The notes under the pieces were generated by a model that had not been told where the DNA came from, did no database searches, and was given only the letters and a program-made list of their open reading frames with translations. Both the position numbers and the translations under genes were made by a program. From contig CAXXTH010000012.1 in the NCBI GenBank assembly GCA_963668025.2, positions 96,001-160,000 of the forward strand: 64,000 nt of DNA, written 5' to 3'. The DNA is from Candidatus Hydrogenedentota bacterium. GTDB taxonomy: Bacteria; Hydrogenedentota; Hydrogenedentia; Hydrogenedentales; SLHB01. Positions within the stretch are counted from its first letter, which is position 1; the number at the start of each line of letters is the position of its first letter. Below are positions 9,067 to 20,100 of the stretch, piece after piece.

Positions 9067-10932
9067 CTAATTCTCCGCCGAGTGCAATCCGCCCGCGCCC
9101 GCGCGGAACTCGACATTGGCCTTTTCCGGTTCGCCGGGACGGGCTTGCGAGCAGTTCCAGAAACATGCGCCGCAATGGACGCATTTTTCGCGGTCGAACA
9201 GCGGCACGCCGCCTTCTGGATTCATGGTTATGGCCTGGGCCGAACACATCTCGATGCAAATTTTCACGCCGCAGGATTCGCACAGGTTCGGGTAGAGAAA
9301 CGCCACATGGTCGGCGAAGCCTGCTGGGGCCTGGACTTTTCCCCCTAAGAGCAGGGCGTCCTGGTGCGATACCAGCAATTTGCCGTCGAAGGGGATCTCG
9401 GGCCAGCCCACGCGGTTCATGATGGCGTCGTGGAGCGACGAACCCTTGGCCGTGCATTCCTCGCGGATCTTCTGGATCTCGGCGGCGGACAGCTTGTCTT
9501 TGTAATACTCTTCGACGGACGGGATGCGTTCGTAGGGCCGGAGGGGCTTGCCGGGGATAGCCAATGCGCCGCCCGTAAAACCCACGAGGGACATGCCGAT
9601 CATGCCGGGGATGAATCCGCGCTGGAATCCGTCGCGCGCCTTCGCCGCCGCAACGGCCCCCTTCTCGACCCAGCTCGCGCGCCGCCGCGCCACATAGGCC
9701 GCTTCGAGATTCGCTTTCGTGAAGGGCTTATCCGCCTTGAGTAATTCCGCCACGGCCTTGCCCAATTGCACGCCCGTGGTCCACGCCTCATCCACGCCCG
9801 AGCCCGTGAGCATATTCGTGCTGCCCGAGCCTTCGCCGATGCGGGCATAGCCGTCGCCCGCCAGATGCGGCTCGCCATGCTTGCCCGCCTCTTGAAGCGT
9901 CTTCGCGCCCCACGAGCGCAACGCGCCGCCATCGATGTGCCGCCAGATGTAGGGGTGCATCATCCAATGCTGGAGATAGCGGTAGGCCGTGCGCATGGGA
10001 TTGTCGAACCATGACGGGATGAAGATGCCGAGGGACGCCACGCGTTCGGGGTAGACATAAAGGAAGCCGAAGATTTCCGGTTCCGGGTAGCCGAAGGTAT
10101 GGATGACCGTGCCCGGCTCGAGGGCGCATGTTTCGGGCAGGTCGATGACGAACTTCATGCCCACGGCCCAGTCACGCTGGTGGTGGCCCTCGGGCATGCC
10201 GAACCGGTCATTCAGCGCCCGGCCCACAGGACCGACCGGGCCATCACCCACGACGGTCAGCGCGGCATGGATGTCCATGCCCGGCATGAAGCCCATGTCG
10301 GGCTTGCCCTGTTTGTCTACGCCCTGATCGGCCAGGCGCACGCCTTTGACCGCGCCATTCTCGATGAGCGGTTCGGCCACGGGCATGCCCGGCCACACTT
10401 GCGCCAGGCCCGACGCCATGACTTGCGCCCCCACCCATTGGTTGAACTGGCCGATGGACAAGAGCAGGCCGCCATGTTTCGCGGCGAAGGGCGGCGTGAA
10501 GGGCAGCTCGACGGCGCAATGCTTGTACAACGGATTCACCGCGCTCGTGACCTTTATGACAGCGTCCTTCATGCGCAGCAATCCCGGCCTCCGGCTCGCG
10601 CCGATGGGATCGAGGAGATACGCCATCGTCTCCTTCTTGACTGGCGTGGCGTGGGGAATGCCCGCGTTCTCGATATCCGGGAAGCTTTCGCGGATGCCTT
10701 TCGCCATGGTCACCACGCCCGACACGCCAAAGCCGGTGTCGTCCGCGCGCTCGTAGCAAATGACCTGTGGCGGCATGCCCGGCATAACTTTGCTCTCGAC
10801 GGCGGGCGTGCCATCCTCGTTCGTCAACTCGCGCGACAGCGTCGTGAGGAAACCGCCTGTAGCGGGGCCGAATCCCACGCAGACGATATCCACATCCATG
10901 CTCTGGCGTTCGATGCTGGGTTCTTCCGACAT
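9067..10932 (-). CDS. Electron-transfer flavoprotein:quinone oxidoreductase-like protein (FixC with fused FixX ferredoxin)
   Basis: DVDIVCVGFGPA FAD-binding start, IGEGSG..NMLTGSGVD, and C-terminal CESCGVKICIEMC / CVHCGACFWNC clusters. GAGGTG RBS before ATG 10932. Confidence 0.88.
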   Translation of the reverse strand: MSEEPSIERQSMDVDIVCVGFGPATGGFLTTLSRELTNEDGTPAVESKVMPGMPPQVICYERADDTGFGVSGVVTMAKGIRESFPDIENAGIPHATPVKKETMAYLLDPIGASRRPGLLRMKDAVIKVTSAVNPLYKHCAVELPFTPPFAAKHGGLLLSIGQFNQWVGAQVMASGLAQVWPGMPVAEPLIENGAVKGVRLADQGVDKQGKPDMGFMPGMDIHAALTVVGDGPVGPVGRALNDRFGMPEGHHQRDWAVGMKFVIDLPETCALEPGTVIHTFGYPEPEIFGFLYVYPERVASLGIFIPSWFDNPMRTAYRYLQHWMMHPYIWRHIDGGALRSWGAKTLQEAGKHGEPHLAGDGYARIGEGSGSTNMLTGSGVDEAWTTGVQLGKAVAELLKADKPFTKANLEAAYVARRRASWVEKGAVAAAKARDGFQRGFIPGMIGMSLVGFTGGALAIPGKPLRPYERIPSVEEYYKDKLSAAEIQKIREECTAKGSSLHDAIMNRVGWPEIPFDGKLLVSHQDALLLGGKVQAPAGFADHVAFLYPNLCESCGVKICIEMCSAQAITMNPEGGVPLFDREKCVHCGACFWNCSQARPGEPEKANVEFRAGAGGLHSAEN

Positions 10933-11302
10933 GTTCCACCTCTTACGTTCGCAGGCTAAAGCCCGGTTTGTCCTCACCCATCGCGGGCAGCCTCGGGAGA
11001 GCCGTGTGGCGCAATATCTTCCCCTGAACCAACGGCGTCCTGCCCGGCTGGAAAGGGTGATTATAGCCATAATTGGCGTTGGAAGCACAAAATGAGCGGC
11101 TAAACCATAATGAACATGCCGGACGCTGGGGGGGGTGGTGATGGCTCTAGGATTTTCACCACAGAGGCTCCGAGGAACACCGAGATACGCGCTACAGTTC
11201 GTTCTAACCCAAAAAACGGTGATATGGTATCCTGGTGCTCCCAAAACCACCGGACAGCGATGCGCATGAAAATATCCGTCGGCAGGAGATGGAGGCTGGC
11301 TT

Positions 11303-12202
11303 ATGATGTATGCATGTATAAGAAAACGATCTCGGCGAAGCAACAATTGGCGCTTGCCCGCATTTGCGGATCTTTCCACGTCTGGCCCGCCACCTATTCC
11401 GGCAAGGCCCAGCGCGCCGCCGCCCGTGCCCGCGCCCAATGTCCGCCCGGGCATGCCCACTTTCGGCATCCTGGCTATCATTGGCGGCGTGGGCATTGTT
11501 TGCGTGATCACGTTTGGGATCGTCATGGCGGCCATCATGACCCCTGCGTTCATACGTGCGCGGGAGGTCGCTGGAAGATCACAGTGCAAGGAAAACTTGT
11601 CTCGTTTTGCTCTGGCGTTCAAATGGTACGCAGAAGATCATGAAGGGAGATTGCCCCTACTTGGTCCAGCGCCGGGCTGCTTTTCCGTGGTTCCCGGCAC
11701 CCTCTATCCTGAGCATATGGACTTAAGTGCTTTCACCTGTCCCAGCGATGAATCAGCCGATGACGGCACCAACAAAGAAAACGCAACGCGGATTCTCAAA
11801 CGAAATAGCTATGCCTATCTCGGATATGTGCTGCTCAACGAGAAGGAAGGGCAAGCATTTATCGAAGCTTGCCGTGCCCATTTTGCCGAAGGGAAGACTC
11901 TATCCGGTGAGATTTCTGTTCCAGAAGGCACTGGAAGCGGCGGAGGCAGCTTATTGTTCCCTTTGACCAGTGATGTATACACGCGTTTGCCACAGGCCGC
12001 TGATGGGAAGCCGGTTACTGCTGCTAGCATCCCCATTTTGATGGACAAGCAACCATATCATACGCCTGGTGGTATTTGTGTGCTGTATCTTGATGGCCAC
12101 GTGGAGTTTATTCGTATGGGAGAGAAATGGCCCGCCGACCAGGATTTTCTCGATGCAATTGTGAAACTCGAAGCGCAGTATGCGCCTGTGGAAGAGGAGT
12201 AA
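11303..12202 (+). CDS. H-X9-DG (DUF1559-like) pilin-like protein, copy 1
   Basis: Pro-rich stretch plus TM, ARE..GRSQCKENL, FTCPSD, HTPGGICVLYLDGHVEF. Start uncertain. Confidence 0.8.
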   Translation: MMYACIRKRSRRSNNWRLPAFADLSTSGPPPIPARPSAPPPVPAPNVRPGMPTFGILAIIGGVGIVCVITFGIVMAAIMTPAFIRAREVAGRSQCKENLSRFALAFKWYAEDHEGRLPLLGPAPGCFSVVPGTLYPEHMDLSAFTCPSDESADDGTNKENATRILKRNSYAYLGYVLLNEKEGQAFIEACRAHFAEGKTLSGEISVPEGTGSGGGSLLFPLTSDVYTRLPQAADGKPVTAASIPILMDKQPYHTPGGICVLYLDGHVEFIRMGEKWPADQDFLDAIVKLEAQYAPVEEE

Positions 12203-12210
12203 CTTCTTGG

Positions 12211-12328
12211 ACCACGAAATACACCAAATACACTAAAAATTTAAGTGGAGTGGGAGTTGTTAGCGTAGGGTGGGGCTTGCCCCACCGATGGCGGTTTTTA
12301 TGTTCGTGTGTTTGGTGTGTTTGGTGGT
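12211..12328. repeat. 118-bp composite palindromic intergenic element, copy A
   Basis: ACCACGAAATACACCAAATACAC ... GTGTGTTTGGTGTGTTTGGTGGT arms enclosing GTAGGGTGGGGCTTGCCCCACC (12265-12286); repeated at 14824-14941. Confidence 0.85.
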
Positions 12329-12370
12329 TATAGAAAATGCGTGCATGGAGAATGGAGGATGATGTATGAA

Positions 12371-14061
12371 CCTAAAAACGCCAGTTGAATCTTGAGTGTC
12401 GAGCAGGAAGTAGTTCAAGATAAAGAACATGGAAACAGAATCGCAACAGCAAGATGCTCCCCCATTGGGAGAGGAGGAATGGTTGTCTTTGGAGGCGCCG
12501 ATTTTCGTAGATAGCTACGGGGGCCGGGTGCATGTGGAATGGGACCGGGAGGCGGCAACGACGCCGTTTGGCCAGTTGGCGTTCTTTATCGATTTTCTCA
12601 AGACGGCGGAGCTTTTTGAAGCGTGGGTGGAGGACTGTCCGCTGGCGTACGCCAGCAATAATGCGCCGCGCAAGAGGGATGTGCTGGGCACGCTATTTTT
12701 ATCAGTGCTGGCGGGCCACACCCGCTATGCGCACATTGACGCGGTCCGTTACGACGCGGTGAACCCGGGCTTGCTGGGTATGAGCAAGATCATGAGCGCC
12801 TCCTCGGCGCGGCGGGCATTTATACTGGCGGACGGGGAAGCCTGCGCGGGCTGGCTACAGAAGCACCTGCGCCGCTGTTATGAGCCGTTGCTTTATGAGC
12901 CTTGGATTTTGGACGTGGATACAAGCGTGAAGCCCCTGTTCGGCCATCAAGAAGGGGCCGTGCTGGGCTACAATCCGGCGAAACAGGGCCGTCCTTCTCA
13001 TGTGCTGCATACCTATTTTATGGCGAACACGCGCTTGGTGCTGGACGTGGAAGTCCGGCCGGGCAACGAGACGGCGGCGAAATACACCATGCCTGGATTG
13101 TGGCATTTTCTCGATGGCTTGCCGCGCGCGGCCTGGCCGGGCATGATTCGCGGCGACTGCGCCTTCGGCAACGAACGCGACATGAGCGAAGCCGAAGCGC
13201 GCGGAGTGCCCTATCTGTTCAAATTGCGGCAGACCAGCAACGTGAAACGGCTTATCCAGCAGGCCTTTTGTTCTAAGGACTGGACGCCAGCAGGCCAAGG
13301 CTGGGAAGGTTTGGAAGACCGTCTGGAGCTTATGGGATGGACGAGCAAACGCCGGGTAATCGTTCTGCGGCGCAAGCTCAAAGGGAGTATCGTTCTGGAA
13401 ACGGAGCCGCTATTGCCTGACCCCTCCCCCCAACTACAGCTCATTGAGATCCAAGCGGGAGCCGTGCAGCAGTATGAATACGCGCTGCTGGCCACTTCGC
13501 TGACAGACCCCCTATCGGCCTTGGCCCAGCATTATCGCGACCGGGGCGATGCGGAAAACATCTACGATGAACAGAAAAACCAGTGGGGGTGGGGCGGGTA
13601 TACCACCCACGATATGAAGCGCTGCCAAATCATGGCGCGAATCATAGCCCTGATTTACAATTGGTGGTCTTTGTACGTGCGCTTGGCGATTCCGGAGCGC
13701 CACGCCGAAGCGATCACAAGCCGCCCTCTGCTGCTGTATGGTGTGGGACAGCAGACCCGCCACGGAGGCCAAACCACGCTCACCATCACCCCCGTGCATG
13801 CGCAAGGACATGCTATGGAACAAGTTCTGAAATCCGTAAACGCCTTTTTATTGGAGGTGAAAGCAACTGCGCGGCAGTTGAACTGGAACGAACGATGGCG
13901 GACGATCCTCAGCCGGATCTTCGCCAAAATACTCGAGGGAAGGCCGCTGGCCACCCCCAACCTGCTGTCGGCGCCAACGTAAAGAGCGGGCCAGGACAGT
14001 TATTTCTTTACAAAATTGGGCTGGAAAAATCCCAAAGCAAGTTCCTACTGCCTTTTTTAGG
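12371..14061 (+). mobile_element. IS1380-family insertion sequence, intact (1691 bp)
   Basis: IRs CCTAAAAACGCCAGTTG and (reverse complement) CCTAAAAAAGGCAGTAG. 5-bp target duplication ATGAA at 12366-12370 and 14062-14066. Confidence 0.88.
12429..13982 (+). CDS. IS1380-family DDE transposase
   Basis: ILDVDTS..FGHQEGAVLGYNP, IRGDCAFG and YRDRGDAENIYDEQK motifs. Confidence 0.88.
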   Translation: METESQQQDAPPLGEEEWLSLEAPIFVDSYGGRVHVEWDREAATTPFGQLAFFIDFLKTAELFEAWVEDCPLAYASNNAPRKRDVLGTLFLSVLAGHTRYAHIDAVRYDAVNPGLLGMSKIMSASSARRAFILADGEACAGWLQKHLRRCYEPLLYEPWILDVDTSVKPLFGHQEGAVLGYNPAKQGRPSHVLHTYFMANTRLVLDVEVRPGNETAAKYTMPGLWHFLDGLPRAAWPGMIRGDCAFGNERDMSEAEARGVPYLFKLRQTSNVKRLIQQAFCSKDWTPAGQGWEGLEDRLELMGWTSKRRVIVLRRKLKGSIVLETEPLLPDPSPQLQLIEIQAGAVQQYEYALLATSLTDPLSALAQHYRDRGDAENIYDEQKNQWGWGGYTTHDMKRCQIMARIIALIYNWWSLYVRLAIPERHAEAITSRPLLLYGVGQQTRHGGQTTLTITPVHAQGHAMEQVLKSVNAFLLEVKATARQLNWNERWRTILSRIFAKILEGRPLATPNLLSAPT

Positions 14062-14086
14062 ATGAAACATCCTCGGAGGCATAGAC

Positions 14087-14815
14087 GTGAAAAAAATCAT
14101 GATTAGCGTGAGCAGAATTATACTGGTGCTAGCAATCATATTTGCCATCTTGACTGCCGTGCTTTTACCTTCTCGCGAGCAGGCCCGTCGTCTGGAATGC
14201 CGTGGACAACTGCGTGAGATTGGCTTAATCTGCCACGCGTATTCGGATGCGCATAACAAAACCTATCCATTTATGAGCCAAACGCCAGGATGCTTTGCCT
14301 TTCAACATGGTTTCATAAATCCTACAGCTCCTAATGCCTGTTCCTCAATATTGGCTTGCCCCTGTGATGAAGAGACGTGGGAAAACTACCCAGAATGGAC
14401 TATCGAGCGGTATCTGAATCGCAACAGCTACCTATATCTAGGCTACGCATTGCTCAGCGAAACGGAAGGCCTTGCGTTCACGGATACATGCCGGGCACAG
14501 TTTGCCGCTGGCCATACACTATCTGGCGAAGTTCCCGCACCGGAAGGCGCTGGAAGCGGCGGCGGCTGTGTCTTTCTTCCCTTGGCCGAAGATATCGCCA
14601 CGCGCTTGCCAAAGGCTTCTTCAATCGTCACCAACGCCAATATCCCTGTCGTAGTGGAAAAGCGTTATCATCATCCACGAGGTCGCGTAGGTGTGCTGTA
14701 TTTGGATGGACACGTGGAATATGTGCGCATGGGTGAAAAGTGGCCCGCGAATGAAGAATTCCTGGAAGCGCTTGAAGACATTGAAGCGCAGTATGCACTT
14801 GAGGAAGAGAAATAA
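14087..14815 (+). CDS. H-X9-DG (DUF1559-like) pilin-like protein, copy 2
   Basis: GGAGG RBS plus GTG; ILTAVLLPSREQARRLECRGQL, LACPCD, HHPRGRVGVLYLDGHVEY. Confidence 0.82.
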   Translation: MKKIMISVSRIILVLAIIFAILTAVLLPSREQARRLECRGQLREIGLICHAYSDAHNKTYPFMSQTPGCFAFQHGFINPTAPNACSSILACPCDEETWENYPEWTIERYLNRNSYLYLGYALLSETEGLAFTDTCRAQFAAGHTLSGEVPAPEGAGSGGGCVFLPLAEDIATRLPKASSIVTNANIPVVVEKRYHHPRGRVGVLYLDGHVEYVRMGEKWPANEEFLEALEDIEAQYALEEEK

Positions 14816-14823
14816 CTTCTTGG

Positions 14824-14941
14824 ACCACGAAATACACTAAATACACTAAGGATTTATGTGGGGTTGGAGTTGTTAGCGTAGGGTGGGGCTTGCCCCACCG
14901 ATGGCGGTTTTTATTTTCGTGTGGTTCGTGTATTTGGTGGT
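14824..14941. repeat. 118-bp composite palindromic intergenic element, copy B
   Basis: Near-identical to 12211-12328, including the inner GTAG hairpin at 14878-14899. Confidence 0.85.
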
Positions 14942-14970
14942 TGTAAAAACGGTTGCATGGAGAATGATGT

Positions 14971-15870
14971 ATGAAGCATTTATCTGGAAGCCATCACTAC
15001 CCTTGGCGATTGCCCGCATTTGCGGATCTTTCCACATCTGGCCCGCCGCCTATTCCGGCTAGACCCAGCGCGCCGCCGCCCGTGCCTGCGCCCAATGTCC
15101 GCCCGGGCATGCCCACTTTCGGCATTCTGGCTATCATTGGCGGTGTGGGCATTGTTTGCGTGATCACGTTTGGGATCGTCATGGCGGCCATCATGGCCCC
15201 TGCGTTCATCCAAGCGCGCGATATGGCGCTCAGTTCATCGTGTCAGAGCAACTTGAAAATGGTTGATATCATATGCCGGATGTATAAGGGCGAGAATGAA
15301 GGGCAATATCCACCGCTCACCACCGAGCCAGGCTGTTTCGCTATGGAACCTAGCGCGGTGTATCCGGAGTATCTCTATGATCTTTCAACACTGGTATGCT
15401 CCAGCGACGAGTGGTCTCCGGCGGATTATAGTGCAGAAAATGCACAAAAGATCCTTAATCATAACAGCTATATTTATCCCGGCTATGCGTTGCTCAATGA
15501 AAAAGAAGGGCAAGCATTTATCGAGGTTTGCCGTACACGTTTTACTGTGGGAGGAGCTTTGTCTGGTGAAGTCTCCGTACCGGAAGGTGCGGGGAGTGGC
15601 GGAGGCAAATTGTTTTTGCCATTGGCCGAGGATATAGCCGCGCGCCTGCCTCAGACCGCAGCAGGAATGGCCGTCTCGCCCGCCGATATTCCGGTCATGA
15701 TGGATAAATATGTGCATCAATCAGAAGATAAGCCGGATGGTATATGTGTGCTCTATATGGATGGCCATGCAGAGTTTATTCGTATGGGAGAGAAATGGCC
15801 CGCCGACCAGGATTTTCTCGATGCAATTGTGCAGCTCGAAACGCAGTATGCACCTGTGGAAGAGGAATAG
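14971..15870 (+). CDS. H-X9-DG (DUF1559-like) pilin-like protein, copy 3
   Basis: N- and C-termini almost identical to copy 1; CQSNLK, LVCSSD, HQSEDKPDGICVLYMDGHAEF. Confidence 0.8.
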   Translation: MKHLSGSHHYPWRLPAFADLSTSGPPPIPARPSAPPPVPAPNVRPGMPTFGILAIIGGVGIVCVITFGIVMAAIMAPAFIQARDMALSSSCQSNLKMVDIICRMYKGENEGQYPPLTTEPGCFAMEPSAVYPEYLYDLSTLVCSSDEWSPADYSAENAQKILNHNSYIYPGYALLNEKEGQAFIEVCRTRFTVGGALSGEVSVPEGAGSGGGKLFLPLAEDIAARLPQTAAGMAVSPADIPVMMDKYVHQSEDKPDGICVLYMDGHAEFIRMGEKWPADQDFLDAIVQLETQYAPVEEE

Positions 15871-15928
15871 TTTTTTGGACCATGAAATACGTAGCGCGGC
15901 ATGGCCGCAACCAAAGATCCGAATTTTG

Positions 15929-16086
15929 AATCACGAATGGACACCCGTGTACACCAATAATACCGGTTCCACTTTTCCACCGATTACGCGGATTCTCAGA
16001 AAAAGTGAATAGCTTGAATGCTGCTTCACATGGGTGTTGATTGGCGCCTATTCGTGGTTGGGATGCAGAGCGGGGCTTGCCCCACC
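15929..16086. repeat. Degenerate REP-like palindrome cluster
   Basis: AATCACGAATGGACAC... pairs with ...GGCGCCTATTCGTGGTT (ending 16059), followed by GCAGAGCGGGGCTTGCCCCACC. Confidence 0.55.
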
Positions 16087-16096
16087 GCTGGCTCTT

Positions 16097-16629
16097 CTCC
16101 GTCCGCGCACAAAACCAACGCGTGTTCAGGCGGATCCAGATACAAGCCCGCAATGTCCGTCACCTTCTCTACAAAAGCCGGATCGTTGCTCACCTTGAAC
16201 ATATCAACCAAATGCGGTTTCAGTCCGTTGGCGCGCCATACTCGGGTAACCATCGACTGGCTGACGCCCAACTCCCGCGCAAGCATACGCGAGGTCCAGT
16301 GGGTGGCGTTGTCGGGTTTCGTCTCGATCGTGCGCCGGATGATCTCCCGCGCGGCACGATTGCGCTGGGTCGGCTTGCGCCCCCCCTCTGGGCGCATCTT
16401 TCTCGATGCCAGACAGGCCCAGCTTGGCAAAACGAGAACGCCACCGCCCCGCCAGAAGGCGTGTCACCCCAAGTCTCAACGCGATATCCTTGTTGGTTAT
16501 CCCTTCGCTCGCCAATAACATGATCTGCGCACGCTGCATAAGGCGAACCGGCGTGCTGGGGCCCCGCGCCCATTTCTCAAGGGTTTGACGATCTGCCGGG
16601 CTCAATATAATCTCTGGGGCTTTCCGCAT
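16097..16629 (-). pseudogene. IS630-family transposase fragment (frameshifted, truncated)
   Basis: MRKAPEIILS...RAQIMLLA, WRSRF, HWTSRMLA, FKVSNDPAFVEKVTDIAGLYLDPP and LCAD motifs. Frame change at a G7 run (16380-16386); homology ends at the first catalytic Asp. Confidence 0.85.
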
Positions 16630-17149
16630 GGGGTATCTCCTTTGATACCATATCAATACCCAATGTGGATTAAACGTTTCATCAATTATGACTCAAAACA
16701 CTTGGATGTGCTGAAATATCCCTGCCGTTCGTTTTCTATAGACCTTTGCGGCTTTGCATGAAATAGGTTCAAGATAAACATTGCCTCTCGTATGAGGCGA
16801 TATTATGGTGTATAGAGCAAAGCATAAGGTGTCCGAGCCTGCCCCATGTAGCTGAAGTGTGATTAAAAGCGGAAATGCCGCCGCCAGTAAATCCTGTCCA
16901 AAAAATATTTAAAACCCAAATTCGCATTTTTATTAGCACGGATTTCGTGTTATCATACAGTAGACTGATTGAACGGGTGCGGGAAGAAACACATTGTTTT
17001 TGTTGTTCGTGATGTTATTCACGATAGAAAAGGATTTCATTTTTAACATGATATCGTAAATTCCGCCATACATAGAGGAAAAACAAGGCATCCAGTTTTA
17101 AACCGCCTCGATTTTTGACAGGCGCCATGCTACTGACAGGCAAAACAGG

Positions 17150-20100
17150 ATGAGGCTCATGCACAACGAAACATCCGATGAATTTCGAACCATTCTGTAT
17201 TCCATTGGGGATGCGGTCATTGTTCTGGATGTGGCTGGCCGGGTGAAGCGGATGAACAGCATGGCTGAGCAGCTTACGGGATGGACGGAGCAGGAATCCC
17301 AGGGCAAGCTCTGTCTTGATGTGTTACACCTTGTCAATGAGGAAACCCGGATGGAAGTGGCCAGCCCAGCCGAGTATGTTCTGCGCGAGGGCCAAATCAC
17401 GGCTTTGGCCAATCACACCCTCCTGATTGCCCGCGATGGAACGGAACGTCCTATCACCGACAGTGGCGCGCCTATTCGAGATCAGGATGGCGTGGTATCG
17501 GGCGTGGTGCTGGTATTTCGCGATCAGACCGCGGAACGCGCCGCGGAACGCGCCTTATATGAAAATGAGCGTTCCCTGAGCACATTGATGAGCAATCTGC
17601 CTGGCATGGTGTTCCGCTGCCGAAATGACCGTGACTGGACAATGGAGTTCTTGAGCGAGGGGGTGCTGGCGCTTACGGGGTATCGAGCGGAAGAGTTTCT
17701 AAAAGAACAGCACGGCTCCTTTTCTTCCTTGATTCATGCGCTAGACCAGAACAGGCTGTGGGAATGCGTGCAATTAGCAGTGGCGGCGCACCAGCCCTTC
17801 GAAATAGAATACCGCATCTATACAGCGGAAGGGCAAATAAAGTGGGTATGGGAACGTGGCCAGGGCGTTTATGCAGCAGATGGCTCCCTGCTATTTCTAG
17901 AAGGCTTCATCGCGGATATCACGAAGCGCAAAAAGGCGGAAGCCGCGCTCAGCGAAAGCGAACAGCAGTACCGGGAATTGTTCGAGAGCGCACCTGTCGG
18001 TATTTTTGAGACTACCTCTACCGGCCGAGTCATTTCATTTAATCCCACCTTGGCCCAAATGCTAGGATTTTCCAGCCCAAAAGAAGCCATGCAGTATTAT
18101 ACGGACCTTGGACACCAAATATATACACAGCCAGAACGGCGCGTGGAACTTATACGCCTGCTATATAAACACGGCTCCGTTAATAATTTTGAATTCGAGG
18201 CGAAAACCAAAGACGGCCAGCGAATTTGGCTCACGACGAACACGAGAATCGCCAAACGCAATCCTGACGGCTCCTTCAACATGTCTGGGTTTCTCATCGA
18301 TATCACGGAACGCAAACGGGCGGATGAAGCGCTGCAGTTGAGCGAGCAGCGGTATCGAGAACTGTTTGAGAGCGCCCCTATTGGCATTTTCGAGACCATG
18401 TCCACAGGCCAGCCCATCGCATTTAATCCCACAGCGGCTTATATGATGGGATTCGCCAGCCCGGAAGAATTCATTGAATATTGCACTGATATTGGGAGCC
18501 AGCTATATGTCGAGCCCGAAAAGCGCGAAGAATTATTGCGCCTCATTCGGAAGAATGGATTCGTCAAAAACTTTGAATTCGCGTCGAAAACCAAAGCTGG
18601 CCAGCACATTTGGCTTTCGATGAACGCTAGAGTATCCAGGCATCATCCCGGTGGCACATTCAATTTGGAAGGCTTTTTGGCCGACATCACCGAACGCAAA
18701 CGGGCGGACGAAGCGCTCCAGTTAAGTGAACAGCGATACCGGGAGCTATTTGAAGGCGCGCCTATTGGTATCTTCGAGACAGTATCCACAGGCTCCGTGA
18801 TCACATTCAACCCGACCTTGGCTCATATGCTGGGATTCTCAAAACCAGAGGAAGCAATACAGTATTACACCAATCTTGGAGAACAATTATACACCCAGCC
18901 AGAACGGCGCAAGGAATTCTTACAACAAATGCGGGAAGAAGGCTTTGTTAGCAATTTTGAACTTCCTGCCAAGACTAAGGATGGCAGGAATATCTGGTTC
19001 ACGATGAATGCCAAGATCTCGGCGCATAACCCGGATGGCTCCTTTAATATGGTGGGATTCCTCATCGACATCACGGAAAGAAAACATGCCGATGAAGCAC
19101 TGCAGTTAAGCGAGCAGCGGTATCGCGAACTATTCGAGGGGGCCCCTATTGGCATCTTCGAGACCATCTCCACGGGCTCCGTGATCAGGTTCAATCCAGC
19201 CTTGGCCCATATGCTGGGCTTCTCACAACCGGAAGAAGCAATACGGTATTACACAGACCTTGGGCGCCAATTATATGTAAACCCAGAACGGCGCGAAGAA
19301 TGGATACGCCTGATTCGAGAAAAAGGCTCCGTTACCAATTTTGAACTTGAGGGAAAAACTAAAGATGGCCAGATCCTCTGGCAGCATATGCATGCCAGAA
19401 TCTCGAAACATAATGCAGATGGCTCCTTCAACATAGAAGGATTCCTCATCGATATCACGGAAAGAAAACATGCCGATGAAGCACTGCAGTTAAGCGAGCA
19501 GCGGTATCGCGAACTATTCGAGGGGGCCCCTATTGGCATCTTCGAGACCATCTCCATGGGCTCCGTGATCAGGTTCAATCCGGCCTTGGCCCATATGCTG
19601 GGCTTCTCACAACCGGAAGATGCAATACAGTATTACACCGACCTTGGCCGCCAATTATATGTAAACCCAGAACGGCGCGAAGAATGCATACGCCTGATTC
19701 GGGAAAAAGGCTCCGTTACTAATTTTGAACTTGAAGCAAAAACCAAAGATGGCCAGATCATCTGGCAGCATATGCATGCCAGAATCTCGAAACATAATGC
19801 AGATGGCTCCTTCAACATAGAAGGATTCCTCATCGATATCACGGAACGCAAGCATACGGAATGGGCTTTACAACGAAGCGAGCAACGATACCGCGAACTG
19901 TATGAAAATGCCCCTGTGGCGATTTTTGAAACCTCATCCGAAGGCAACTGTATCTCGATGAATCCAGCCAATGCGGAGATGCTCGGTTTTGGGAATCCCG
20001 ATGAAGCCATTCTTTATTACAATAATGTTTCAAACAAGTTTTATGCCCATCCGGAACAACGCAAGGGAATTCTGCAGACACTACAAAAACAAGGCTACTT

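Noticed and set aside
10940-11070. Riboswitch in the GC-rich leader of the ETF-QO-like gene
   Set aside because: I could not match FMN, SAM, TPP, glycine or cobalamin consensus elements by eye; an Rfam scan would settle it.
10933-11622. N-terminal 229-aa extension of the 851-aa ORF
   Set aside because: It overlaps the plus-strand pilin-like gene antisense; homology and an RBS begin at ATG 10932.
11303-15890. Integron cassette array or diversity-generating retroelement
   Set aside because: No integrase or reverse transcriptase in the window, no clear attC cores, and the differences between copies are not adenine-specific.
16370-16390. Programmed frameshift in the IS630 gene
   Set aside because: The element is truncated before most of the DDE domain, so the G7 indel is more simply decay or a sequencing error.
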